Notes under the pieces: model-generated | Told to the model about the DNA's origin: nothing | Database searches by the model: none | The model's input: the letters and a program-made list of their open reading frames with translations, nothing else | Made by a program: the position numbers and the translations under genes | Source of the DNA: Eledone cirrhosa | Lineage: Eukaryota | DNA: 64,000 nucleotides | Assembly: GCA_964016885.1 (NCBI GenBank) | Contig: CAXHJY010000184.1 | Coordinates: 434,001-498,000, forward strand | Direction: 5' to 3' | Shown here: positions 38,801 through 53,800 of the stretch, one piece after another | Layout: every line of letters starts with the position of its first letter | How positions within the stretch are numbered: the stretch's first letter is position 1

Positions 38801-41800
38801 TTCCCAGTCACTACAGGACTATAGTCTTTCCCAATCACTACAGGACTATAGTCTTTCCCAGTCACTACAGGACTATAGTCTTTCACAGTCACTACAGGAC
38901 TATAGTCTTTCCCAATCACTACAGGACTACATTCTTTCCGAGTCACTACAGGACTATAGTCTTTCCCAGTCACTACAGGACTATAGTCTTTCCCAATCAC
39001 TACAGGACTATAGTCTTTCCCAGTCACTACAGGACTACATTCTTTCCCAGTCACTACAGGACTATAGTCTTTCCCAGTCACTACAGGACTATAGTCTTTC
39101 CCAATCACTACAGGACTATAGTCTTTCCCAGTCACTACAGGACTACATTCTTTCCCAGTCACTACAGGACTATAGTCTTTCCCAATCACCACAGGACTAT
39201 AGTCTTTCCCAGTCACTACAGGACTATAGTCTTTCCCAATCACTACAGGACTATAGTCTTTCCCAGTCACTACAAGACTATAGTCTTTCCCAGTCACTAC
39301 AAGACTATAGTCTTGCCCAGTCAGTCACTACAGGACTATAGTCTTTTCCAGTCACTGCAGGACTATAGTCTTTCCCAGTCACTACAGGACTATAGTCTTT
39401 CCCAGTCACTAGAGGACTATAGTCTTTCCCAGTCACTACAAGACTATAGTCTTTCCCAGTCACTACAGGATTATAGTCTTTCCCAATCACTACAGGACTA
39501 TAGTCTTTCCCAGTCACTACAGGACTATAGTCTTTCCCAGTCACTACAGGACTATAGTCTTTCCCAGTCACTACAGGACTATAGTCTTTCCCAATTACTA
39601 AAGGACTATAGTCTTTCCCAATCACTACAGGACTATAGTCTTTCCCAGTCACTACAGGACTATAGTCTTTCCCAGTCACTACAGGACTATAGTCTTTCCC
39701 AGTCACTACAGGACTATAGTCTTTCCCAGTCACTACAGGACTATAGTCTTTCCCAGTCACTACAAGACTATAGTCTTTCCCAGTCACTACAGGATTATAG
39801 TCTTTCCCAATCACTACAGGACTATAGTCTTTCCCAGTCACTACAGGACTATAGTCTTTCCCAGTCACTACAGGACTATAGTCTTTCCCAATCACTACAG
39901 GACTATAGTCTTTCCCAATCACTACAGGACTATAGTCTTTCCCAGTCACTACAGGACTATAGTCTTTCCCAGTCACTACAGCACTATAGTCTTTCCCAGT
40001 CACTACAGGACTATAGTCTTTCCCAATCACTACAGGACTATAGTCTTTCCCAGTCACTACAGGACTATAGTCTTTCCCAGTCACTACAGGACTATAGTCT
40101 TTCCCAGTCACTACAGGACTATAGTCTTTCCCAGTCACTACAAGACTATAGTCTTTCCCAATCACTACAGGACTATAGTCTTTCCCAATCACTACAGGAC
40201 TATAGTCTTTCCCAATCACTACAAGACTATAGTCTTTCCCAGTCACTACAGGACTATAGTCTTTCCCAGTTACTACAGGACTACATTCTTTCCCAGTCAC
40301 TACAGGACTATAGTCTTTCCCAATCACTACAGGACTATAGTCTTTCCCAGTCACTACAGGACTACATTCTTTCCCAGTCACTACAGGACTATAGTCTTTC
40401 CCAATCACTACAGGACTATAGTCTTTCCCAGTCACTACAGGACTACATTCTTTCCCAGTCACTACAGGACTATAGTCTTTCCCAGTCACTACAGGACTAT
40501 AGTCTTTCCCAGTCACTACAGGACTATAGTCTTTCCCAGTCACTGCAGGACTATAGTCTTTCCCAATCACTACAGGACTATAGTCTTTCCCAGTCACTAC
40601 AGGACTACATTCTTTCCCAGTCACTACAGGACTATAGTCTTTCCCAATCACCACAGGACTATAGTCTTTCCCAGTCACTACAGGACTATAGTCTTTCCCA
40701 ATCACCACAGGACTATAGTCGTTCCCAGTCACTACAGTACTATAGTCTTTCCCAATCACTACAGGACTATAGTCTTTCCCAGTCACTACAGGACTATAGA
40801 CTTTCCCAATCACTACAAGACTATAGTCTTTCCCAGTCACTACAGGACTATAGTCTTTCCCAGTCACTACAGGACTATAGTCTTTCCCAGTCACTACAGA
40901 ACTATAGTCTTTCCCAGTCACTACAGGACTATAGTCTTTCCCAGTCACTACAGGACTATAGTCTTTCCCAGTCACTACAGGACTATAGTCTTTCCCAGTC
41001 ACTACAGGACTATAGTATTTCCCAGTCACTACAGGACTATAGTCTTTCCCAGACAGGACTACAGGCTTTCCCAGTCACTACAGGACTATAGTCTTTCCCA
41101 GTCACTACAGGACTATAGTCTTTCCCAGTCACTACAGGACTATAGTCTTTCCCAATCACTACAGGACTATAGTCTTTCCCAATCACTACAGGACTATAGT
41201 CTTTCCCAGTCACTGCAGGACTATAGTCTTTCCCAATCACTACAGGACTATAGTCTTTCCCAATCACTACAGGACTATAGTCATTCCCAGTCACTACAAG
41301 ACTATAGTCTTTCCCAATCACTACAGGACTATAGTCTTTCCCAATCACTACAGGACTATAGTCTTTCCCAGTCACTACAGGACTATAGTCTTTCCCAGTC
41401 ACTACAGGACTATAGTCTTTCCCAGTCACTACAGGACTATAGTCTTTCCCAGTCACTACAGGACTACATTCTTTCCCAGTCACTACAGGACTATAGTCTT
41501 TCCCAGTCACTAGAGGACTATAGTCTTTCCCAGTCACTACAGGACTATAGTCTTTCCCAGTCACTACAAGACTATAGTCTTCCCCAGTCACTACAGGACT
41601 ATAGTCTTTCCCAATCACTAGAGGACTATAGTCTTTCCCAGTCACTACAGGACTATAGTCTTTCCCAGTCACTACAGGACTATAGTCTTTCCCAGTCACT
41701 ACAGGACTATAGTATTTCCCAGTCACTACAGGACTATAGTCTTTCCCAGTCACTACAGGACTATAGTCTTTCTCAGTCACTACAGGACTATAGTCTTTCC

Positions 41801-44800
41801 CAATCACTACAGGACTATAGTCTTTCCCAGTCACTACAGGACTATAGTCTTTCCCAGTCACTACAGAACTATAGTCTTTCCCAGTCACTACAGGACTATA
41901 GTCTTTCCCAATCACTACAGGTCTATAGACTTTCCCAATCACTACAGGACTATAGACTTTCCCAGTCACTACAGGACTATGGTCTTTCCCAGTCACTACA
42001 GGACTATAGTCTTTCCCAGTCACTACAAGACTATAGTCTTTCCCAGTCACTACAGGATTATAGTCTTTCCCAATCACTACAGGACTATAGTCTTTCCCAG
42101 TCACTACAGGACTATAGTCTTTCCCAATCACTACAGGACTATAGTCTTTCCCAGTCACTACAGGACTATAGTCTTTCCCAGTCACTACAGAACTATAGTC
42201 TTTCCCAGTCACTACAGGACTATAGTCTTTCCCAGTCACTACAAGACTATAGTCTTTCCCAATCACTACAGGACTATAGACTTTCCCAGTCACTACAGGA
42301 CTATGGTCTTTCCCAGTCACTACAGGACTATAGTCTTTCCCAGTCACTACAAGACTATAGTCTTTCCCAGTCACTACAGGATTATAGTCTTTCCCAATCA
42401 CTACAGGACTATAGTCTTTCCCAGTCACTACAGGACTATAGTCTTTCCCAGTCACTACAGGACTATAGTATTTCCCAATCACTACAGGACTATAATCTTT
42501 CCCAGTCACTACAGGACTATAGTCTTTCCCAGTCACTACAGGACTATAGTCTTTCCCAATCACTACAGGACTATAGTCTTTCCCAATCACTACAGGACTA
42601 TAGTCTTTCCCAGTCACTACAGGACTATAGATTTTCCCAGTCACTACAGCACTATAGTCTTTCCCAGTCACTACAGGACTATAGTCTTTCCCAATCACTA
42701 CAGGACTATAGTCTTTCCCAGTCACTACAGGACTATAGTCTTTCCCAGTCACTACAAGACTATAGTCTTTCCCAATCACTACAGGACTATAGTCTTTCCC
42801 AATCACTACAGGACTATAGTCTTTCCCAATCACTACAAGACTATAGTCTTTCCCAGTCACTACAGGACTATAGTCTTTCCCAGTTACTACAGGACTATAG
42901 TCTTTCCCAGTCACTACAGGACTATAGTCTTTTCCAGTCACTACAGGACTATAGTCTTTCCCAGTCACTACAGGACTATAGTCTTTCCCAGTCACTACAG
43001 GACTATAGTCTTTCCCAGTCACTACAGGGCTATAGTCTTTCCCAGTCACTACAGGACTATAGTCTTTCCCAATCACTACAGGACTATATTCTTTCCCAGT
43101 CACTACAGGACTATAGTCTTTCCCAGTCACTACAGGACTATAGTCTTTCCCAGTCACTACAGGACTATAGTCTTTCCCAGTCACTACAGGACTATAGTCT
43201 TTCCCAATCACTACAGGACTATAGTCTTTCCCAGTCACTACAGGACTACATTCTTTCCCAGTCACTACAGGACTATAGTCTTTCCCAATCACTACAGGAC
43301 TATAGTCTTTCCCAGTCACTACAGGACTACATTCTTTCCCAGTCACTACAGGACTATAGTCTTTCCCAGTCACTACAGGACTATAGTCTTTCCCAGTCAC
43401 TACAGGACTATAGTATTTCCCAGTCACTACAGGACTATAGTCTTTCCCAATCACTACAGGACTATAGTCTTTCCCAGTCACTACAGGACTACATTCTTTC
43501 CCAGTCACTACAGGACTATAGTCTTTCCCAATCACCACAGGACTATAGTCTTTCCCCGTCACTACAGGACTATAGTCTTTCCCAATCACTACAGGACTAT
43601 AGTCTTTCCCAGTCACTACAAGACTATAGTCTTTCCTAGTCACTACAAGACTATAGTCTTGCCCAGTCAGTCACTACAGGACTATAGTCTTTTCCAGTCA
43701 CTACAGGACTATAGTCTTTCCAAGTCACTACAGGACTATAGTCTTTCCCAGTCACTACAGGACTATAGTCTTTCCCAGTCACTACAGGACTATAGTCTTT
43801 CCCAGTCACTACAGGACTATAGTCTTTCCCAATCACTACAGGACTACATTCTTTCCCAGTCACTACAGGACTATAGTCTTTCCCAGTCACTACAGGACTA
43901 TAGTCTTTCCCAGTCACTACAGGACTATAGTCTTTCCCAGTCACTACAGGACTATAGTCTTTCCCAGTCACTACAGGACTATAGTCTTTCCCAATCACTA
44001 CAGGACTATAATCTTTCCCAGTCACTACAGGACTATAGTCTTTCCCAGTCACTACAGGACTATAGTCTTTCCCAATCACTACAGGACTATAATCTTTCCC
44101 AGTCACTACAGGACTATAGTCTTTCCCAGTCACTACAGGACTATAGTCTTTCCCAATCACTACAGGACTATAGTCTTTCCCAATCACTACAGGACTATAG
44201 TCTTTCCCAGTCACTACAGGACTATAGATTTTCCCAGTCACTACAGCACTATAGTCTTTCCCAGTCACTACAGGACTATAGTCTTTCCCAATCACTACAG
44301 GACTATAGTCTTTCCCAGTCACTACAGGACTATAGTCTTTCCCAGTCACTACAAGACTATAGTCTTTCCCAATCACTACAGGACTATAGTCTTTCCCAAT
44401 CACTACAGGACTATAGTCTTTCCCAATCACTACAAGACTATAGTCTTTCCCAGTCACTACAGGACTATAGTCTTTCCCAGTTACTACAGGACTATAGTCT
44501 TTCCCAGTCACTACAGGACTATAGTCTTTTCCAGTCACTACAGGACTATAGTCTTTCCCAGTCACTACAGGACTATAGTCTTTCCCAGTCACTACAGGAC
44601 TATAGTCTTTCCCAGTCACTACAGGGCTATAGTCTTTCCCAGTCACTACAGGACTATAGTCTTTCCCAATCACTACAGGACTATATTCTTTCCCAGTCAC
44701 TACAGGACTATAGTCTTTCCCAGTCACTACAGGACTATAGTCTTTCCCAGTCACTACAGGACTATAGTCTTTCCCAGTCACTACAGGACTATAGTCTTTC

Positions 44801-47800
44801 CCAATCACTACAGGACTATAGTCTTTCCCAGTCACTACAGGACTACATTCTTTCCCAGTCACTACAGGACTATTGTCTTTCCCAATCACTACAGGACTAT
44901 AGTCTTTCCCAGTCACTACAGGACTACATTCTTTCCCAGTCACTACAGGACTATAGTCTTTCCCAGTCACTACAGGACTATAGTCTTTCCCAGTCACTAC
45001 AGGACTATAGTCTTTCCCAGTCACTACAGGACTATAGTCTTTCCCAATCACTACAGGACTATAGTCTTTCCCAGTCACTACAGGACTACATTCTTTCCCA
45101 GTCACTACAGGACTATAGTCTTTCCCAATCACCACAGGACTATAGTCTTTCCCCGTCACTACAGGACTATAGTCTTTCCCAATCACTACAGGACTATAGT
45201 CTTTCCCAGTCACTACAAGACTATAGTCTTTCCTAGTCACTACAAGACTATAGTCTTGCCCAGTCAGTCACTACAGGACTATAGTCTTTTCCAGTCACTA
45301 CAGGACTATAGTCTTTCCAAGTCACTACAGGACTATAGTCTTTCCCAGTCACTACAGGACTATAGTCTTTCCCAGTCACTACAGGACTATAGTCTTTCCC
45401 AGTCACTACAGGACTATAGTCTTTCCCAATCACTACAGGACTACATTCTTTCCCAGTCACTACAGGACTATAGTCTTTCCCAGTCACTACAGGACTATAG
45501 TCTTTCCCAGTCACTACAGGACTATAGTCTTTCCCAGTCACTACAGGACTATAGTTTTTCCCAGTCACTACAGGACTATAGTCTTTCCCAATCACTACAG
45601 GACTATAGTCTTTCCCAGTCACTACAGGACTATAGTCTTTCCCAGTCACTACAGGACTATAGTCTTTCCCAGTCACTACAGGACTATAGTCTTTCCCAGT
45701 CACTACAGGACTATAGTCTTTCCCAGTCACTACAGGACTATAGTCTTTCCCAGTCACTACAGGACTATAGTCTTTCCCAGTCACTACAGGACTATAGTCT
45801 TTCCCAGTCACTACAGGACTATAGTCTTTCCCAATCACTACAGGACTACATTCTTTCCCAGTCACTACAGGACTATAGTCTTTCCCAGTCACTACAGGAC
45901 TATAGTCTTTCCCAGTCACTACAGGACTATAGTCTTTCCCAGTCACTACAGGACTATAGTTTTTCCCAGTCACTACAGGACTATAGTCTTTCCCAATCAC
46001 TACAGGACTATAGTCTTTCCCAATCACTACAGGACTATAGTCTTTCCCAGTCACTACAAGACTATAGTCTTTCCCAGTCACTACAGAACTATAGTCTTTC
46101 CCAGTCACTACAGGACTATAGTCTTTCCCAGTCACTACAGGACTATAGTCTTTCCCAGTCACTACAGAACTATAGTCTTTCCCAGTCACTACAGGACTAT
46201 AGTCTTTCCCAGTCACTACAGGACTATAGTCTTTCCCAGTCACTACAGGACTATAGTCTTTCCCAGTCACTACAGGACTATAGTATTTCCCAGTCACTAC
46301 AGGACTATAGTCTTTCCCAGACAGGACTATAGTCTTTCCCAGTCACTACAGGGCTATAGTCTTTCCCAGTCACTACAGGACTACAGGCTTTCCCAGTCAC
46401 TACAGGACTATAGTCTTTCCCAGTCACTACAGGACTATAGTCTTTCCCAGTCACTACAGGACTATAGTCTTTCCCAATCACTACAGGACTATAGTCTTTC
46501 CCAATCACTACAGGACTATAGTCTTTCCCAGTCACTGCAGGACTATAGTCTTTCCCAATCACTACAGGACTATAGTCTTTCCCAATCACTACAGGACTAT
46601 AGTCTTTCCCAGTCACTACAAGACTATAGTCTTTCCCAATCACTACAGGACTATAGTCTTTCCCAATCACTACAGGACTATAGTCTTTCCCAGTCACTAC
46701 AGGACTATAGTCTTTCCCAGTCACTACAGGACTATAGTCTTTCCCAGTCACTACAGGACTATAGTCTTTCCCAGTCACTACAGGACTAGATTCTTTCCCA
46801 GTCACTACAGGACTATAGTCTTTCCCAGTCACTAGAGGACTATAGTCTTTCCCAGTCACTACAGGACTATAGTCTTTCCCAGTCACTACAAGACTATAGT
46901 CTTTCCCAGTCACTACAGGACTATAGTCTTTCCCAATCACTAGAGGACTATAGTCTTTCCCAGTCACTACAGGACTATAGTCTTTCCCAGTCACTACAGG
47001 ACTATAGTCTTTCCCAGTCACTACAGGACTATAGTATTTCCCAGTCACTACAGGACTATAGTCTTTCCCAGTCACTACAGGACTATAGTCTTTCCCAGTC
47101 ACTACAGGACTATAGTCTTTCCCAATCACTACAGGACTATAGTCTTTCCCAGTCACTACAGGACTATAGTCTTTCCCAGTCACTACAGAACTATAGTCTT
47201 TCCCAGTCACTACAGGACTATAGTCTTTCCCAATCACTACAGGTCTATAGACTTTCCCAATCACTACAGGACTATAGACTTTCCCAGTCACTACAGGACT
47301 ATGGTCTTTCCCAGTCACTACAGGACTATAGTCTTTCCCAGTCACTACAAGACTATAGTCTTTCCCAGTCACTACAGGATTATAGTCTTTCCCAATCACT
47401 ACAGGACTATAGTCTTTCCCAGTCACTACAGGACTATAGTCTTTCCCAATCACTACAGGACTATAGTCTTTCCCAGTCACTACAGGACTATAGTCTTTCC
47501 CAGTCACTACAGAACTATAGTCTTTCCCAGTCACTACAGGACTATAGTCTTTCCCAGTCACTACAAGACTATAGTCTTTCCCAATCACTACAGGACTATA
47601 GACTTTCCCAGTCACTACAGGACTATGGTCTTTCCCAGTCACTACAGGACTATAGTCTTTCCCAGTCACTACAAGACTATAGTCTTTCCCAGTCACTACA
47701 GGATTATAGTCTTTCCCAATCACTACAGGACTATAGTCTTTCCCAGTCACTACAGGACTATAGTCTTTCCCAGTCACTACAGGACTATAGTCTTTCCCAA

Positions 47801-50800
47801 TCACTACAGGACTATAATCTTTCCCAGTCACTACAGGACTATAGTCTTTCCCAGTCACTACAGGACTATAGTCTTTCCCAATCACTACAGGACTATAGTC
47901 TTTCCCAATCACTACAGGACTATAGTCTTTCCCAGTCACTACAGGACTATAGATTTTCCCAGTCACTACAGCACTATAGTCTTTCCCAGTCACTACAGGA
48001 CTATAGTCTTTCCCAATCACTACAGGACTATAGTCTTTCCCAGTCACTACAGGACTATAGTCTTTCCCAGTCACTACAAGACTATAGTCTTTCCCAATCA
48101 CTACAGGACTATAGTCTTTCCCAATCACTACAGGACTATAGTCTTTCCCAATCACTACAAGACTATAGTCTTTCCCAGTCACTACAGGACTATAGTCTTT
48201 CCCAGTTACTACAGGACTATAGTCTTTCCCAATCACTACAAGACTATAGTCTTTCCTAGTCACTACAAGACTATAGTCTTGCCCAGTCAGTCACTACAGG
48301 ACTATAGTCTTTTCCAGTCACTACAGGACTATAGTCTTTCCAAGTCACTACAGGACTATAGTCTTTCCCAGTCACTACAGGACTATAGTCTTTCCCAGTC
48401 ACTACAGGACTATAGTCTTTCCCAGTCACTACAGGACTATAGTCCTTCCCAATCACTACAGGACTACATTCTTTCCCAGTCACTACAGGACTATAGTCTT
48501 TCCCAGTCACTACAGGACTATAGTCTTTCCCAGTCACTACAGGACTATAGTCTTTCCCAGTCACTACAGGACTATAGTTTTTCCCAGTCACTACAGGACT
48601 ATAGTCTTTCCCAATCACTACAGGACTATAGTCTTTCCCAATCACTACAGGACTATAGTCTTTCCCAGTCACTACAAGACTATAGTCTTTCCCAGTCACT
48701 ACAGGACTATAGTCTTTCCCAATCACTACAGGACTATAGTCTTTCCCAGTCACTACAGGACTATAGTCTTTCCCAGTCACTACAGGACTATAGTCTTTCC
48801 CAGTCACTACAGGACTATAGTCTTTCCCAGTCACTACAGGACTATAGTCTTTCCCAGTCACTACAGGACTATAGTCTTTCCCAGTCACTACAGGACTATA
48901 GTCTTTCCCAGTCACTACAGGACTATAGTCTTTCCCAGTCACTACAGGACTATAGTCTTTCCCAATCACTACAGGACTACATTCTTTCCCAGTCACTACA
49001 GGACTATAGTCTTTCCCAGTCACTACAGGACTATAGTCTTTCCCAGTCACTACAGGACTATAGTCTTTCCCAGTCACTACAGGACTATAGTTTTTCCCAG
49101 TCACTACAGGACTATAGTCTTTCCCAATCACTACAGGACTATAGTCTTTCCCAATCACTACAGGACTATAGTCTTTCCCAGTCACTACAAGACTATAGTC
49201 TTTCCCAGTCACTACAGAACTATAGTCTTTCCCAGTCACTACAGGACTATAGTCTTTCCCAGTCACTACAGGACTATAGTCTTTCCCAGTCACTACAGAA
49301 CTATAGTCTTTCCCAGTCACTACAGGACTATAGTCTTTCCCAGTCACTACAGGACTATAGTCTTTCCCAGTCACTACAGGACTATAGTCTTTCCCAGTCA
49401 CTACAGGACTATAGTATTTCCCAGTCACTACAGGACTATAGTCTTTCCCAGACAGGACTATAGTCTTTCCCAGTCACTACAGGGCTATAGTCTTTCCCAG
49501 TCACTACAGGACTACAGGCTTTCCCAGTCACTACAGGACTATAGTCTTTCCCAGTCACTACAGGACTATAGTCTTTCCCAGTCACTACAGGACTATAGTC
49601 TTTCCCAATCACTACAGGACTATAGTCTTTCCCAATCACTACAGGACTATAGTCTTTCCCAGTCACTGCAGGACTATAGTCTTTCCCAATCACTACAGGA
49701 CTATAGTCTTTCCCAATCACTACAGGACTATAGTCTTTCCCAGTCACTACAAGACTATAGTCTTTCCCAATCACTACAGGACTATAGTCTTTCCCAATCA
49801 CTACAGGACTATAGTCTTTCCCAGTCACTACAGGACTATAGTCTTTCCCAGTCACTACAGGACTATAGTCTTTCCCAGTCACTACAGGACTATAGTCTTT
49901 CCCAGTCACTAGAGGACTACATTCTTTCCCAGTCACTACAGGACTATAGTCTTTCCCAGTCACTAGAGGACTATAGTCTTTCCCAGTCACTACAGGACTA
50001 TAGTCTTTCCCAGTCACTACAAGACTATAGTCTTTCCCAGTCACTACAGGACTATAGTCTTTCCCAATCACTAGAGGACTATAGTCTTTCCCAGTCACTA
50101 CAGGACTATAGTCTTTCCCAGTCACTACAGGACTATAGTCTTTCCCAGTCACTACAGGACTATAGTATTTCCCAGTCACTACAGGACTATAGTCTTTCCC
50201 AGTCACTACAGGACTATAGTCTTTCCCAGTCACTACAGGACTATAGTCTTTCCCAATCACTACAGGACTATAGTCTTTCCCAGTCACTACAGGACTATAG
50301 TCTTTCCCAGTCACTACAGAACTATAGTCTTTCCCAGTCACTACAGGACTATAGTCTTTCCCAATCACTACAGGTCTATAGACTTTCCCAATCACTACAG
50401 GACTATAGACTTTCCCAGTCACTACAGGACTATGGTCTTTCCCAGTCACTACAGGACTATAGTCTTTCCCAGTCACTACAAGACTATAGTCTTTCCCAGT
50501 CACTACAGGATTATAGTCTTTCCCAATCACTACAGGACTATAGTCTTTCCCAGTCACTACAGGACTATAGTCTTTCCCAATCACTACAGGACTATAGTCT
50601 TTCCCAGTCACTACAGGACTATAGTCTTTCCCAGTCACTACAGAACTATAGTCTTTCCCAGTCACTACAGGACTATAGTCTTTCCCAGTCACTACAAGAC
50701 TATAGTCTTTCCCAATCACTACAGGACTATAGACTTTCCCAGTCACTACAGGACTATGGTCTTTCCCAGTCACTACAGGACTATAGTCTTTCCCAGTCAC

Positions 50801-53800
50801 TACAAGACTATAGTCTTTCCCAGTCACTACAGGATTATAGTCTTTCCCAATCACTACAGGACTATAGTCTTTCCCAGTCACTACAGGACTATAGTCTTTC
50901 CCAGTCACTACAGGACTATAGTCTTTCCCAATCACTACAGGACTATAATCTTTCCCAGTCACTACAGGACTATAGTCTTTCCCAGTCACTACAGGACTAT
51001 AGTCTTTCCCAATCACTACAGGACTATAGTCTTTCCCAATCACTACAGGACTATAGTCTTTCCCAGTCACTACAGGACTATAGATTTTCCCAGTCACTAC
51101 AGCACTATAGTCTTTCCCAGTCACTACAGGACTATAGTCTTTCCCAATCACTACAGGACTATAGTCTTTCCCAGTCACTACAGGACTATAGTCTTTCCCA
51201 GTCACTACAAGACTATAGTCTTTCCCAATCACTACAGGACTATAGTCTTTCCCAATCACTACAGGACTATAGTCTTTCCCAATCACTACAAGACTATAGT
51301 CTTTCCCAGTCACTACAGGACTATAGTCTTTCCCAGTTACTACAGGACTATAGTCTTTCCCAGTCACTACAGGACTATAGTCTTTTCCAGTCACTACAGG
51401 ACTATAGTCTTTCCCAGTCACTACAGGACTATAGTCTTTCCCAGTCACTACAGGACTATAGTCTTTCCCAGTCACTACAGGGCTATAGTCTTTCCCAGTC
51501 ACTACAGGACTATAGTCTTTCCCAATCACTACAGGACTATATTCTTTCCCAGTCACTACAGGACTATAGTCTTTCCCAGTCACTACAGGACTATAGTCTT
51601 TCCCAGTCACTACAGGACTATAGTCTTTCCCAGTCACTACAGGACTATAGTCTTTCCCAATCACTACAGGACTATAGTCTTTCCCAGTCACTACAGGACT
51701 ACATTCTTTCCCAGTCACTACAGGACTATAGTCTTTCCCAATCACTACAGGACTATAGTCTTTCCCAGTCACTACAGGACTACATTCTTTCCCAGTCACT
51801 ACAGGACTATAGTCTTTCCCAGTCACTACAGGACTATAGTCTTTCCCAGTCACTACAGGACTATAGTCTTTCCCAGTCACTACAGGACTATAGTCTTTCC
51901 CAATCACTACAGGACTATAGTCTTTCCCAGTCACTACAGGACTACATTCTTTCCCAGTCACTACAGGACTATAGTCTTTCCCAATCACCACAGGACTATA
52001 GTCTTTCCCCGTCACTACAGGACTATAGTCTTTCCCAATCACTACAGGACTATAGTCTTTCCCAGTCACTACAAGACTATAGTCTTTCCTAGTCACTACA
52101 AGACTATAGTCTTGCCCAGTCAGTCACTACAGGACTATAGTCTTTTCCAGTCACTACAGGACTATAGTCTTTCCAAGTCACTACAGGACTATAGTCTTTC
52201 CCAGTCACTACAGGACTATAGTCTTTCCCAGTCACTACAGGACTATAGTCTTTCCCAGTCACTACAGGACTATAGTCTTTCCCAATCACTACAGGACTAC
52301 ATTCTTTCCCAGTCACTACAGGACTATAGTCTTTCCCAGTCACTACAGGACTATATTCTTTCCCAGTCACTACAGGACTATAGTCTTTCCCAGTCACTAC
52401 AGGACTATAGTTTTTCCCAGTCACTACAGGACTATAGTCTTTCCCAATCACTACAGGACTATAGTCTTTCCCAATCACTACAGGACTATAGTCTTTCCCA
52501 GTCACTACAAGACTATAGTCTTTCCCAGTCACTACAGGACTATAGTCTTTCCCAATCACTACAGGACTATAGTCTTTCCCAGTCACTACAGGACTATAGT
52601 CTTTCCCAGTCACTACAGGACTATAGTCTTTCCCAGTCACTACAGGACTATAGTCTTTCCCAGTCACTACAGGACTATAGTCTTTCCCAGTCACTACAGG
52701 ACTATAGTCTTTCCCAGTCACTACAGGACTATAGTCTTTCCCAGTCACTACAGGACTATAGTCTTTCCCAGTCACTACAGGACTATAGTCTTTCCCAGTC
52801 ACTACAGGACTATAGTCTTTCCCAATCACTACAGGACTACATTCTTTCCCAGTCACTACAGGACTATAGTCTTTCCCAGTCACTACAGGACTATAGTCTT
52901 TCCCAGTCACTACAGGACTATAGTCTTTCCCAGTCACTACAGGACTATAGTTTTTCCCAGTCACTACAGGACTATAGTCTTTCCCAATCACTACAGGACT
53001 ATAGTCTTTCCCAATCACTACAGGACTATAGTCTTTCCCAGTCACTACAAGACTATAGTCTTTCCCAGTCACTACAGGACTATAGTCTTTCCCAATCACT
53101 ACAGGACTATAGTCTTTCCCAGTCACTACAGGACTATAGTCTTTCCCAGTCACTACAGGACTATAGTCTTTCCCAGTCACTACAGGACTATAGTCTTTCC
53201 CAGTCACTACAGGACTACTTTCTTTCCCAGTCACTACAGGACTATAGTCTTTCCCAATCACTACAGGACTATAGTCTTTCCCAGTCACTACAGGACTATA
53301 GTCTTTCCCAGTCACTACAGGACTATAGTCTTTCCCAATCACTACAGGACTATAGTCTTTCCCAGTCACTACAGGACTACATTCTTTCCCAGTCACTACA
53401 GGACTATAGACTTTCCCAATCACCACAGGACTATAGTCTTTCCCAGTCACTACAGGACTATAGTCTTTCCCAATCACTACAGGACTATAGTCTTTCCCAG
53501 TCACTACAAGACTATAGTCTCCTAGTCACTACAAGACTATAGTCTTGCCCAGTCAGTCACTACAGGACTATAGTATTTTCCAGTCACTACAGGACTATAG
53601 TCTTTCCCAGTCACTACAGGACTATAGTCTTTCCCAGTCACTACAGGACTATAGTCTTTCCCAGTCACTACAGGACTATAGTCTTTCCCAGTCACTACAG
53701 GACTATAGTCTTTCCCAATCACTACAGGACTACATTCTTTCCCAGTCACTACAGGACTATAGTCTTTCCCAGTCACTACAGGACTATAGTCTTTCCCAGT

